Shown here piece after piece: positions 48,461 to 62,000 of a stretch of 64,000 nt of DNA. Under the pieces are notes generated by a model. The model was given only the letters and a program-made list of their open reading frames with translations. It was not told where the DNA came from and made no database searches. How positions within the stretch are numbered: the first letter of the stretch is position 1; the number at the start of each line of letters is the position of its first letter. The DNA comes from Klebsormidium nitens (taxonomy: Eukaryota; Plantae; Klebsormidiophyceae), in the NCBI GenBank assembly GCA_000708835.1, contig DF237053.1, forward strand, positions 1-64,000, read 5' to 3'. The position numbers and the translations under genes were made by a program.

Positions 48461-51164
48461 ATGCAAGAAGGTGACCTCAGTGGCGGTGGATATGGAGAGA
48501 CTGCGAGGCAAGAAGAGGCATCAGAACCGCCAAGTGACAATGCCCTTGTAGTAGCACGTATTCCAGAGCAGCCTCAGTTTAGCAGTCCAGAAAGGGGTCA
48601 GCAAATGAGTCAGCCGTCCTTCAATCCCCTGGTGTCCCCACAGTCTCACACGCCGATTAGTAGGCCTGGGGGTCACGGAAACAACACGCACGCACCAGGG
48701 GTTGTTGGAGAGGGGTCTTTGGCAGGTGTGAGCGCACCCGTGTACATGGCCCATCCTGGTGAGCCGCTCTATTTCTTTCTGCAGCCTTGTGTATATTGCC
48801 GATGAAAGCTAAATGGTATTCTGAGCTTTCTTCGGCAGCTTCTTAGTCACGCAAGGAAGATTGCAAATAGGCATGGAAGGTCTGAGTAGCGCCGTATCCT
48901 TTTTCTGTCTAAATTGCTTGTAGGTGACATTCTGTGCACATTGCAGTACGTATCAACTAAGCTCAGTGGGATAGCTTGCTGCTGTACGTATTTTTGGTGC
49001 ATGCGAAGGCGAGTATAGGGAAGCTCTACCGGTAGATGTTTCAGGTCTAGCATGTTGTCAGACAGAGGCCTGCTTTTTATGCCTTGCTGCAAGTGAAATA
49101 ATAATTTCAAAGATTGTGCGCTATATGACCAGTTGCTGGTTCAATATGGTTGGTTTCTTGCTGAGCTCTGTTACTCAGGAGGGTAACTGTAATGGAGCTG
49201 ACTTGTCGAGTGACAGAACTCCCCCTTTCACAGTGGTTTTATTCAGACTTAAGGCAATGTGCTTGCGCAACTTTCAGCAATGGCAGCTGCACAATCTGGT
49301 TCCTTAAAAACTTTTCTTTGCACATTTATTCCATCATTTAGCTGTACATCTGCATAGCTTACTTCCGTCGGCCCCTGAAGTATTGCTGATATTTTACTCA
49401 AAAAGTTCCATACGGAATTCGATTAGGGGTTGTGCCCCTGGAATTTTTGTTTGTGAAACTTTCGTGAGCTACAGCAATCCCCTTGGCAGACTTCTTGCTG
49501 ACTCATCCAGTGGCCATCTTTGGTCTGATGGAACTATTTGAGCGTCAGCATTGATGCTCTTTAGTCTCCTTCAAGGGGGGTTGCATGTTGCAAGACGAGC
49601 GCTTCAAAGCCACCAAAGAACACTGTGCAGACGGCTCAGGAATGTTTTGGAAGCATTCCTCTGGTTGCCCTCCTTCTGAAGAAGGTATGAGCGGCTCCAA
49701 CATATTTCTGGAATGGCTGTTGAAGTTTTGGCCTCCATCTCCGCAGCTTATGAAGGACAAGCTGTTGAGGAACACCATCCGGTACAGCCGCCAGTCCCAA
49801 CAGCAGCTGTTCCTCACATGGAGCACTATCCGGGTTACCCTCATGTAGATATGGTGAGAAATGCAGCCTTCTGCTTGACCTGGAGGAACCATTTGGGACA
49901 GCGAAGACATAAAGTGTCTCAGCGTACAAGCCCCCCTCAGGTTTCCTTCGAATCGCTTTTACAAACGGTCATCTGTTGGACCTGATGATAGAAAGGTTTC
50001 TCATCCGGAGACAAAAGCGATGGGTGTGTCTCTAGGCAGCGGAATGAGTCCCTGCGTCCTGTGCTTGTGACACTCATCTCACATAAGAACGCCCTTTTGT
50101 CTGCAGGGGAGGGTGCCATACCATACTCCCTATGACCCCTACTACTCTGCGACTATGATGGGGTATGGACATCAGCCAATGGTGAGGATCTCTCATCAGA
50201 AGATGCAAATGCTGAGGCCCGAAAGCAATTGGGGTTCAGCGATAGACTATGCAGCTCTTCCTTTCCCTTCCTGCTATCATCCGTGTGTCTTCTGTTTCCT
50301 GTGAGCCAGTCGTCGTTGGGACAGGGTCGCTTCGAAAGGTCTGTCATATCCTCAATTGCAGTCAGATTCGAAGTTTTAAAGTGGGCGATTCACTCTGCAG
50401 GCCCCGCACCCATTGTTGGCGGCACAGACTGCCCGTATGCCTCTGCCAATGTCAGAGTTGTTGCCGGAAGAAGAGCCTGTGTATGTGAATGCAAAGCAGT
50501 ATCATGGGATTCTGCGGCGTAGGCAAATTCGAGCCAAGCTGGAGCAAGAAAACCGATTAGTCAAAGCGCGGAAGGTGAGAGCTCATTTCTCAATCTCAAC
50601 CTGCAGTCAACTGTTCATGCTTTCAGAACACAACTCTGATTAAGGCAAACCCGACGTTCAGTTATGCAGAGTTTTGAATCTGGGTTGGCTACAAAAATTG
50701 CACTCTATGAATGCCTGAAAGCTATGGCAAACCAGACTTTCGAACTGATAGTCATTCCTGTTTGCTTTGTGCTCCAGCAACCATATCTGCACGAATCTCG
50801 ACATCAGCATGCGCTGCGGCGAGCTCGGGGATGTGGGGGTCGTTTCTTGAACACAAAACCGGAGAAAAAAGATGAGGAGCAAGGCGGAGCAGCTCAAGAA
50901 GGGGCGAACTCAAGCGGGGCCACAACCGAGGCACCGCAGAATCAGGAGACGGGGGCTGCTAGCCAGCAGAATCCGAATAATTTGCCGGAAGCACCGTCAA
51001 ACTTGCAGCATGAGGAGCAGCCGGCGTTGGTTTACTCGAACGCCGTGGTTGTGCCTCAATACATGCATGCCAACGGGCAAGCTGGCTATCCGATGGCAGC
51101 ATATCATCCACATTATGGCCCCGGCTCTGAGCAATTGCCGCAGCCTGGGTTGACGTCGCAGTAG
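48461..51164 (+). CDS. NF-YA: Nuclear factor Y subunit A (HAP2/CBF-B). Exons 48461-48758, 49747-49853, 50107-50181, 50401-50574, 50778-51164
   Basis: [25 protein letters not shown] and [26 protein letters not shown], plus the plant NF-YA upstream motifs DPYY and RMPLP. Phases 1,0,0,0 join. Confidence 0.95.
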
Positions 51165-52648
51165 CGCAATCAGACATTGTTCGTTGAGTTTGAGTCGGCT
51201 GATGCAAGTCAGGTTTGAATCTAGAATAGGAGAGCCATCAAAGACAGCTACGGAATGGGGGCATTTTGCCGATGCTACCAAGAATGGCATGGTGCATCAC
51301 TTGAGAGTAGGCTAAGAAAGCTCAACTATCTTGTGACGAAGTCAACAAGATTTTGCAAGTTTGTGAGCACCGTGTGTCCAGTCCAGGAGCAGACTTGACT
51401 GTAGGTGTGCTGAAGAGTTTGGCTCTGATATGCTTTTGGATCGGGCTATGTAAAAAAGAGAAGCGTATCAAGTTGCCGTCTCAACTGTGTTGATTGATGA
51501 ACGAACTTCGCCCAGTTGACGTGTGCCACCATGAGCCTTGCTTCTTGCCATTTAGCCAAGCACAGATCTAAACTCCCCGTTCTCCTAGTCAAATCGATGA
51601 TGAGGGCCGGGGGAGACTTCCAGCAGTTGACATGCGAGCAGTGCGTAATGGTGCCATGCTTAGGCATGACACTGCTCACAAAGCTATTGTAGCTATATCG
51701 AGGAGGTTTCTCAAAGACAGCTCACGATTTATCAGGAGCTAGCGCGCTGGCAGCAGCTTTTGGCATGATGGTCAACTTTGATAAAGGAGAAAAACCCGGT
51801 GACGTGTGATCTCAATGACGTATACAAACCCAGTTAAGCATGTATACACACGAACGTGAATAACGTGATCCACGATATGCTGGAATTGGCCGCAGTGTAT
51901 GCAGAAGATGAAAGATTGGATTGAAAGACTACTGGATCCCAGTTTAAGCTATTGCAGTCACCGGTCGATCTTCCATCAACTTTAAATTGCACAAAATGCC
52001 TAAAATATGCATGATGCATGTCGGCAATTCGATCATCCATAGACTCGAGATAAACCTCTTTTGCAGTGCGACGGTTGCCTATTGTATATGATGACCATCG
52101 ATATATCGAACGTGTGATCAAGAATATAGAATCATGCAAACGACGGCCTGCATGCTCTATACATACCCGAGCTACCGTAAATACTACAACGACGGTTGGG
52201 CATGATGAAAGTGTCAGCCGGGAAGGCCGTGCATAGTACTGAGTGCCTGGCGGCGCGTATGCGTGTGCTGGGCCCGGACTCGTCTTGTTTGCGTTGGACT
52301 TAAATGCTTGATGAGCACGCACTAACGCACGAGATTGACGGCCTCGGAGGGCCTGGCAGTAACTCAAAGCAATCCGCCCATTCAGCATAATACCCAAATA
52401 CGGAGCGTTGTAGGGTTATCAGAGCGCGACCCGTCGCGGGACCATTACAGAGGTAACACATTATCCAAAATATATGCAAGTCCACCATTGGTTGATTACT
52501 CCAGATTTCAAGATGACGAAACGTCCTCTGTGGTAGGCCCCAACTCACCAACCGGCCGTTACTCCCCATGAGCCTCTTTGACCCCGGAGCGAGCATCATG
52601 CTCTCACCCCCAAGCTACTTTACCAGCACCCATCCTAAACAGCCCAGG

Positions 52649-55600
52649 TCATATCGACCGGGGGATGATATTCCGGCCACTTTCCGGCCTATCACCGGGC
52701 GATCGAAGTGAGGCTTTGGGAGCCCAGGGAGAATGTCCGGTCGCCGTGTCGAAGCGCCGCGTCTGCGGCCGGTCGTCCGCGTAGTTGAGCACGTCCAGCG
52801 GGGTCGTCGTCTTGTCGAGCTGCGCGTTCAGCTGACGCGTGGCCTTCCCGTACGACTCCGCATAGATGTGCTGCCACAAAGAAGTTGACGTGCTGACGTC
52901 AGCTGATAGATGTATGTTTCTACGACGGATTGTGAGTCCTTCGAGCAAGAGGATTCGTTTTGGCGTTTCGTCGGACCGTGTCTGTTTGTCAAAAACAATC
53001 AGGCAGGAGCGGCTCCGGGGTGCTATTACGTGTGCAAAAACGGACGCAGGACCCGTGACGACTTCTCAACATCGTTTCCGCACGCAGACTTTCAATTTTA
53101 AGGAGATCTTACCGCTTCCATGGGGCTTTCCTCGACGTCTGATCGTCGTGAGCGGTTTGCCCCCGTTTCCTCAAAGAATTGGAAGTTCTCGGAGAGTTTC
53201 GAAGAGACCCAATTTGTTTACAACCATTTCCAACCAACGAAGAGCGCAACTCCGAAACGACAATGAGCACTCCTCTGACAGCTGATTCCACAGAGAAAAA
53301 GCATACGGTATGCCCACCTGCTTCCCGTGCACGTGCCCGGTATAGCCCGACACGTGGTGCCTGCCCTCCATTACCTCCGCGATGTCGGCCGTGATGGGCT
53401 CGCGGACTTTGTAGTCTTTGGTGTGAACGAACTGGTCCCTCTGCGCAACCCAAACGCGTCACACCGGATCAGACTCAGAGTAAAAGAAAAAGCTCGGGCA
53501 TTTTTAGGATGCGAGCGGACTAAGTATATATGCGCAGGCCGGAAGGCTTCATTGCCGACTCAGCACAATGTTTAGGGTTCCCAGAATTTGAAAAGCTGGA
53601 AGGTGTTTTGTTTCTGTCATGGCTCGACACACCTTTGAGTAGGGTTTGCCGTAGCATTGAGCAGAAGCTCGATCAGCTCAGCACAGTTTTGTAGGATCAA
53701 GAGCCTCCAATCTGATCGCGCACCATTGGTGTTGAAGTAGACGTCTCATTCGGATCGAATCAACCGCGGGATCTTATGTATCTCGTCTCCCTTCACGTCA
53801 CAGTATTTCCAATTTTGACCAACTTCTTCGAGGCGACGGGATCTTGCAAGCGATATGAGACTTCAAAGCCACAAGAAGCGAGCGAAACTACCCGTTGCAT
53901 TTGAGTCGCTTATAGTCCCTCGTGAAAGCGGCAGGGAAATAAGTCTAATCGTCTCGTTCAGATCACCGAGTCATCGGGATCGCTTACGGAGTGATCCCCC
54001 TTCTGCGCGAGGATCAACGGCTGCGGCTCGCCTGCGTTTGGCTGCGCTTGAGCGTACATGTCGACACGGCCCTGCAGAGAAATCCGTCACGATTCAGTGA
54101 ACGGAAAGCCCAGTAAACTGTAACGGTGGGGACGGCTCGGTTAATCCAGGGGTTAGGGTTTGGTACGAGTGCGGGGAGCGTGAAATTATGGGGGAGACTT
54201 TTAATCGAACTCGAAAAGCGTGAAGTTCACTACATTCACTAGACCGAGAATTGTCTAGTACAACGTAGATGGCAGGGCTTGCTTGCAAACAAGCAATAGC
54301 TGCGTCCCTCGACATCGAAAAGGTCCGTAAAGGTCCTCAAATACGTTGGCCTACGTGAGAAGATTACGCCGCCCAGGTTTGAGAGTCGAAAGGGCGGGAT
54401 ACACCGCTAATGAACAAGCGGTCGCCTGATCATTCCGAAGACTTACAAGCAGCCGACGCGTTTTGCAACCACACCATTGCGTCCGAGCAACCAACCTGTG
54501 CCTTCAATTCACTTGATCAGGCCTGTTTTCAACTACATACACTCCCTATTTCCTCAGAAACGCTGTCTTCAAAGGATCTATTTGGAATCTGAAAACACTG
54601 AAATCTAGAAAGGTTGACGCGAAACCCTTTCACTTGAAACCATAAAACCTTCAAAGCCTTGGACCGCGCACCTGCGGCCGCGCGTCCACGAGCTCCGCCA
54701 TGGTGCTGGCGTTGCCCCCCTCCCGCATGACGCCCTCCGCCTTGTGCGCGAGCGCGGTCGCCTTTCCGTACGTCTTGGCGTACACGTGGTTCTTGGCCGG
54801 TACGTACCCCTAGAAAGGAGCAAAAATCTGTGATTTTGAATGCTGGTTGTGTTTATGATCCCTTGCTTCTTGTTTGCAAGCGCGCGGTTGCCCTCTCGTT
54901 TTCTTGTGTCTCGATCGATCTCTGGCCGGTACATACTCAGGTGACAACAGAGGGTTTGGTTCTTAGGTCTCGCTTTCAATCACTGGTTGTTTAGCTTTCC
55001 TTTTTTTCACTGCCTGGTGTAGGAGAAGCCAGAAAGATAGCGATCAATAGAAATGGAGCGAAGGAAAACGAGAAGCCCCTACCGACCGTTGGATCACTTC
55101 CGTTTCACGAAATCCAAGGACATCCAAAGCATTCCCAGAAACAGCTCTAGGCATTTCGACAGACGTTGACAGGGCAGTCTAGTTGGCGAGAGAAAACAGG
55201 AGAAAAGATGCTGGCGAACATATTGTGACGTCACTGACCAGGTAACCGGGTACTTTGGACTCGTCGAGTGACTTCACCCCGGTCGGCCTGTCGTCAGCAT
55301 ACTCCATGGCGCGGAGGCTGACCGTCGCCAGTTTTGGCTCGGCGTGTTCCCCCGCCTCGGTCAGCTTGCGGGTGACGTGGCCATAGCTGGTGCCATAGAT
55401 GTGCTGGGCGCCGTGCTGCGGGCAAGAGATCGACGGTCAGCATGATACGGAGAGAAGGAAATATTCTCAAGAGAACGCAGAACAGCTGCTCAGTGGAACG
55501 TTCTGGAATGGTCGTCTCTACAAGGAACCTTTTGAAAAAGGATTTCGATTCGAAGATTCACGTTCTGTAAACGACTACAGGCAAACGAACCGTGTGCGCG

Positions 55601-57920
55601 CAATTCGCGTCAGTTGCTGTCTTGTCTCGGCCTTACTGGCCTCGATGAAAGTCCTTCGTTCGTCTCTCTCATACGGCAGTGTGAAAAGGCAATTCCACAC
55701 GTTGAACACTCCCTCTCTGCTCGAAACAACCGCACGTTCTCGCCTCATCAGTAGAACCCGTCCCGCAGCCCACCTGATGGCCCGTGTAACCAGGGACCTT
55801 GTTCTTCCCCTCGGTGACCTCCGTCGGCAAATCCTCGAACGCCTGCTTCCGAGTCTGCAGGGGCCGTTCTCGGTAGCTCATCTCCGGGAGCGAAGCCGAC
55901 GGGACGCTCTTCAGAATTGGGCCCCCGATGCTGCCCGGACTAAGCGGTTGTTGCTCTTGGGCGTAGAGAAAGTCGCGACCTTGGGGCCGATTGTCGACCA
56001 ACTGCGAAGGAAAGGAAGCGGATTTCTTAGCTGAGAAGAATGTTCAGCCTTGTTTTCACTACGGTCTTGAAGGCATCCTTTGCGACCTAGTCGGAAATAT
56101 TGGCGCTGTTGCTCTCTGGAACCGGGCCCCCGATACTGCCCGGGCTGAGTGGTTGCTGTTCTTGAGCGTACAGAAATTCGCGGCCTTGTGGCCGGTTGTC
56201 GACCAACTGCGGAAAAAAGGAAGCGGATGATTCTGCAGAGAAAGATGTTCAGCTCTTTCTTGAACGATTGTGAAAGCAGTCTTTCCAACGTAGGTATAAA
56301 TGATGCCCTTTCGGATCGGGTTCCCGATTCTGCACGGGCTGCTCTTGGGCTTAGTTGAAGTCGGGCGGCGCCCGGTTGTCGACCGAGCGAGTTCACCGAT
56401 CAGTAAAAGGGGACTTGGAAAAGGATGAGTCTTGGAAAACTTCATGGGAAAAGGAGACGGAAGTCTCTTCGGAAGGTTGAGGTTGGCCAAGAGATTTTGT
56501 TCCTGCGGGGCAGCTGTCGAACCAGTTGGCAAAGTTAGAAACGAAGAGGATTGTTTGTGGGTTAGCTCCCTAGTTTAGGGTAACCTGACCGCCAAGCTGC
56601 TAAAAAGCGTCAACAGCGACCTCCTGGTTAATAGTGACCAGCACGAACGTGCGCCTCGAGGGAATCCCGTGCGCAAATCATGCGGAAAGGCAGGAACAGA
56701 CGCTTGCACAGATTTCCACGAAGCGACAGTTGGCGCCGCATCTGTTCAAGAGTCACCCACTTTATTTGTGCAACTCTGAGTCTTCTCGTGGAAGGTGTTT
56801 CCTCATCGTCGTTGGCGCAAGTGTTCTGTGACAAGCTCAGGGCAACGAGCTGCTAGCTACCGTTTTCAAATTCCATCAGACCTACTCAAAACCTTCGCTC
56901 CGTGTCTCCTTTATCATCTCCTTTCCATAAGCTAAGCTCTCGATCTTCCTGTGTTCAGCCTCCTTGTCAAAGGCTGGACCAGGGACTTGTGTGCTTACAA
57001 CCTGGCTCCCTCGATTGTTCGAGTTTGCTAGAGTGGCCCCACAACTTTCGCTTCATCAAAACTCCAGTTGCACCTCTTCGCTGCTCAAGAACCGCGTTAG
57101 CACTGCTTTCTTCCCTGTCGGGGCCTCGCTTCAATTCAGCCGCCTCTAGCTACATTATTTTCTTTTTCTTGCACTTCCTTGTTTGGCCCTATGGGTAGCT
57201 TCCGTCAAAGCACGTGGTTTCCTTTGTCTTGCCTGGACTACCCCAATCTTCAATCGCTCCGCAAGAGGCTTGCTAAAATCCAAGTTCTGCTCATCTCAAT
57301 TGCAATACTCTGATAGATTTGGCCTGCTCAAGGCCAGCCCTGCAAACCTTCTAAATATCGACGTTTCCTTAGTACTTTTGGGGCAGGAGAGGTCTCCTTT
57401 GAATTCCAGTCCCCGTCCACCGTACACACACATGCCAAACTCTTTCTTCCAGGATACCCCCGTCTTGAACAGCGGTCTGCATTCCATTTGGCGGCGCCCT
57501 TTACTGGTGCGATTTTGGTGCAGCATTGTACATGCTGACCGTCAGGCTGAACCCAAAAACGTCATTGCATCCGATAAAAGTCAGCCCATGACACATTCAA
57601 TCGGCCCCTTCTACGCACACCCGTCGTTGCTACCCCATCCGAAACCTAAAACAGGATTGGCCCGGAAAATCGTTCGGAACCCAACTCACTCAAACGCCTA
57701 ACTAATGAAAGGCTAGCCTGACTAATCAAAAACTGGAGTCTTCTTTTACCGTAGTCATGCCCCCCGGGTTCCGCCCCTCCTTAAGCACGTCGCTCGCTTC
57801 CGCCGCCCGTCGCGACGCCTCCGCGTAGCGTTTTCCAATCAGGTGGTTCTTCATCCCGGGCACATATCCGCTGTAGCCGGGGACGCGGCCCTCGTCGGCG
57901 GGGGGCAGCCAATGCGCCAT
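52649..57920 (-). CDS. Axonemal PGY-repeat protein (FAM166/CIMIP2-like microtubule inner protein), about 352 aa. Exons 57920-57750, 56001-55774, 55415-55239, 54809-54672, 53440-53318, 52870-52649
   Basis: Four repeats: VPGYSGYVPG, VPGYTGHQHG, VPGYLGYVPA and VSGYTGHVHG, each followed by YA/YG..YG motifs. All five introns are GT-AG phase 0 and exon lengths are multiples of 3. Confidence 0.8.
55915..56390 (-). repeat. Tandem triplication of the exon-2 5' portion and its splice acceptor (copy A about 55915-56060, B about 56121-56265, C about 56310-56390)
   Basis: A: cgcag|LVDNRPQGRDFLYAQEQQPLSPGSIGGP. B: cgcag|LVDNRPQGREFLYAQEQQPLSPGSIGGP, offset 205 bp. C: VDNRAPPDFN*AQEQP. Confidence 0.9.
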
Positions 57921-59051
57921 TGTTGGACCGCTGACGTTCCTATGCTTTTTCAAAACGTCGACAGGTTGCTTGTTTCTGAAGCACCTGAGGATATCAGTGC
58001 ATGTGAAATAGCTTTCGACTCCACTCCAATTCTACACGACGCCCCTATGCGATATTTTTCTGTAGACCCCTTGAGTATGGCGGCATTGCATTTGGGCAGT
58101 GATCGAATTTGAAAGGGTTGGTCGCAAACCATGAACGGGGGATGACAGATTTTGCGAATCTAGCACGTACTTTAGTCTGCACTTTCTATATTTATATGTA
58201 TCATGGATCGCTGTACAAATTTGCGGGCTGTGCACGTGGTCTTCTTGTTGCTCGTCGATAACGCAAATCGACGGCACACAGCAGAGCAAAGTAGCTAATG
58301 CGCGCGCAGAGCGTACCGGCCGAACCTTTCGCGCGACCGCAGGTCAAGTGGCCGTCTGACCAAGCAGCATGCACCAGGGAACACGATTTACCGTGTTGCA
58401 TGTCCGAGTCTCCTTCAGCAATACGTACTGCTTACTTCAAGCTATGTTCAGGCTGCTGTTTTGACAAATATGCTTGCGGCGGTGAAGCCTTTGAGAAGTG
58501 GCGGAACTCACTAGTGACCCGTGATTTTCTGCCGGACCGTCTGAAACCTGCTTTCATGCAAAGGTGCCGATGTCCTACCAAAGCAATGCATGCGCATTGT
58601 GTTCTTGCTGCTTTGAGGTGCGTCTTCAAGGGACCGCCCTGGAAATAAGGCGTTCTAAGGGTGCTTGATCGAAAAGGTGAATGTTGAAAAGTGTTGCGCA
58701 GCTTTGTGCGTTCTAAATTCTGTGATGAGGGGTCACTAAAGGCAGCATTATCCCTTACCCTGGAGGGCAGCACAGCGGGATCTGCGGCCATATTTAGATT
58801 ATTAAGGCCCTCTGGCTATTGCAGCAATCTGCAGCAGAGAGTGAACAAAGACGTTTATGAACGGGCTAATAGGCAGACAAAGGTGGAAATCACGGGTCTA
58901 TGCATCGATGTGACCTCGATCGCAGGTCAATCAGCCACGCAAGGGTAGGGAGAAAGCCACTTGGCTCCATTCTAAAAAGGCAGCAATCGGCGCAGGAAGG
59001 CCTGGCGCGTTCCATTAAGCCTATGGGTCAGATGACACTTCCAACGAAATA

Positions 59052-62000
59052 ATGTCCCTCTCTCGGACCCACAGCCGGTGGGATCGATCCCAAGCAGCCA
59101 CGGTAATCATGGACGCGCCTCTAACAGCTCACAAAACCTCGTGGGCAGTCAGACCAAGGGCGGAGAGCCACGTGGGCGCCTCTGATTCGTTGGTGGGCAG
59201 TGCTGATTCCGTTGTGGGCACTTCGAAAAGCTACGTGGGCAGTGCGGAATTTGCAGTCGGTGTCTCTGATTCGTTCCTGGACGGTGCCGCATCCGCTCCA
59301 AGAACAGGCCCTTGGGAACAGGTACAGCTGTCCGAGTTGCTGACGTCGTCGGTGACGTCACATGCGTCGCCCCGGCCGGCGGCCAGCTTGCGGCGGGAGT
59401 CGCAAGAAACAGCGAGCGGCGCCCCTTGGGAGCCGCCCCCGGAGCACCGGGTGCGGACGGGAAACGAACATTGGGGGGGGGCAGAAAACGCCCACAAGAT
59501 GCCCCCCCGCCCGCTGCCGTCGCGCCGGCGGAGCAGCGAGCAAGACAAGCCGGGGGATGACGCCATCGGAGGCGGCAACGGCTGGGTGGCCGACGTTAGC
59601 GGGGGCTGGGCGGATGACGTCAGCAGGGCGGGCGCTGACGTCGGCGGGTGGCCGGCGCAGCGCCAGGTGGCGGAGCGGGAGCGGGCGAGCGTGTCGGGGG
59701 CGTTGCTGTTGGACGATGACGCGGCGGGGATGCCGCTTCTGCCGAGGTTGAAGATCGGGCGGCGGCGAGACAGCTGGGAGGAAGAGGAGAAGAAGAGGAG
59801 TCTTGCGTGGCGGAAGCTGAGGGGCGTCGGAAAGAGAGTGATGGGCGCACTTTGGTGGGTGCTGAAATTGCCGGGGGTGTCGGACGAGGAGGGGATCAAC
59901 GTGTTGGGTGCCACGCTGCTGATCACGGGGAGTACGATCAGTGGGGGGGCGCTTGCGCTGCCAGCTGTCACGCAGGTGGGCGATTGGCTGTCAGTTGCAG
60001 CGCTCCATGTACTTTTAGGAATCTGCAGTGTATTGAAGTTCCTTGAAGCGCCTCTGAGGCTCATTCTTGTGATTCTCACTACGAAGCTGTTGCAGAGACG
60101 CTCGAACGCATTCCTCTATGCGCGTCCCAGTTTCACTGTTGGCTAGGCATCGGCCAGAATAGTTGGGAGCGGAAAGTGTGTCGATGTCCTTTGGCGATCT
60201 CGCAAGCTGCTGCGTTGGTGGAGAAAAAAGGCTTTCCGCACTACGGATCTGACGCGATCAGTTGGCCCAAAAATGCGAATTGATGCTCCAGGAGCTGTGC
60301 TTTGCCGATACTGTGTGACCCGAACCCTTCTCAGTTTGGATCGATTAACACGCTATTCCTCCGTCGATCACAAGACGATTCTCTACATATGATTAAGAAG
60401 GCCACTTTTGAAGCAACATGCCGTCTTTTACGGATCTGGATTGGGGCCACGAATCCTCAACGGTCAATGCAAGCAGTCAAGGAATTGTGAAAGAGAATTT
60501 CGGATGTACATCTTAGCAGAACCCCGCCACGTTCCTTCCGCAGGACCTGGGGTTCATTCCGTCCGCCGTCTCCATGACCGGATGCTGGCTCTTCCAAGTG
60601 CTAGAGGGGCTTCTATTGGCAGAGGTACGAGCATGAAGAAGTTTCTCCAGAAGCGAATGCTCCTGCAGAGGGCCCGATGTGTTGTAAACTGCATGGAAAG
60701 CGAGCGCGACTTCGAATCCGTCCATTGCCTTTGGATGGCGTTGCAGTCCGCATGAGACGAACTTCAGGACACCAAATCTCGGAAGGGTTGAGGTCGTACC
60801 AATCGCCCATCGCTTCTCAAGGCTGAAAGACAAAGTCCAAGCAATGTTCCAAGCAACGCTAGCGTAGCTACGTAACGCTACTTGAGCAAGCTGAAGACCG
60901 TTCCAAAGTTCGAGAGCAAGCATCCTGCATGGCGCCCTCTAAAACTAAAGCTTCCCCTTTCACTTCGATATAGCAGCGCATGCCCAGTCGTATGATGCAA
61001 GGAAGAACCCACTAGATATAAAGGCATAAGCGCAAGCTAAGAGATGAGACACAGTCAAAAAGGGACGCACGCTCTGTTCCTGCGCAGGTGATCGCAGGCC
61101 TACACAAATCACCGCAAGAAAGTGGCCATACTCAAATCACCTCAAGGGATCCCTTCGTTTCTGCGCAGGTGATCGTGGGCATCATGCAGCGCCTGAACAA
61201 GGACAGCGCGAGCATCACGTCCGCGGCGTCCGAAACTCTGGGGCCGCGGACGGCCCTCCTGCTGTCCGCGTGCTACGTCTTCTACATGAACGCCACCCTG
61301 GTGCGGCTCACAACTGCGCGCGCGCATATTTCAGAACGTAGTCTTGCACGAGATTTTTCAGCTTGAGATAAATCTGTACTGCTGCCAAATGCTAATGGTT
61401 TCAAGGTAATTTGACCTGGTACACGCACGGCTGTCAAATTTGCGCCCGCGCTCTTTCGCAAGACATTGGGCGTTTTGGAACATTTTCTTAAATGAACCCG
61501 TTACTTGTATGTGAAAAACGTAGAGCCTTGCCACCGTCGTTCTAAATTTGAGTACCGTGCAAAGGAAAGTCTGGTTACACAGCGCCTCTTCCAGCTCCGT
61601 GACTTCCCTGCTCTTATATTTTCAAAATATGCAGTGCCTTCGCGATTATCGCCAACACCTCTTGGGGCGCAGTACTGTTCATAGCAATGAAACGACATGG
61701 AAGGGTCCCTAGAAAAGCACTCGATATTATGTTCTGAATCAGCGAAACCCCATCCCGGAAGCAACTGCAGATCGAGAACAGTTTCCGGGGCGCCATCATG
61801 GTCAATAATTTGGATACAGCCACAGTTCTGCAGAGATTCATGTGTACCTTACCGGATTCGGGTTATCAGAACCCGGCTCCATGTGCAGAACTCAGGTCGC
61901 CCAATCCTCCCCCAGGCGCCAAGACTTAAGAAATCCGACTCAACTGTATTTCAAAGAGGCATAAGCGCCACTTCCTTTGCTAAACACAGGTCGCCAACAT

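Noticed and set aside
31970-51164. BBX and NF-YA genes as a functional cluster
   Set aside because: They are about 15 kb apart with unrelated genes between; eukaryotic neighbourhood alone is no evidence.
51834-52397. 187-aa minus-strand ORF in an AT-richer intergenic block
   Set aside because: No recognisable domain, codon bias or splice context; possibly TE debris but unsupported.
59231-60079. 282-aa minus-strand ORF
   Set aside because: Antisense shadow of the GC-rich TyrP exon 1; no motif.
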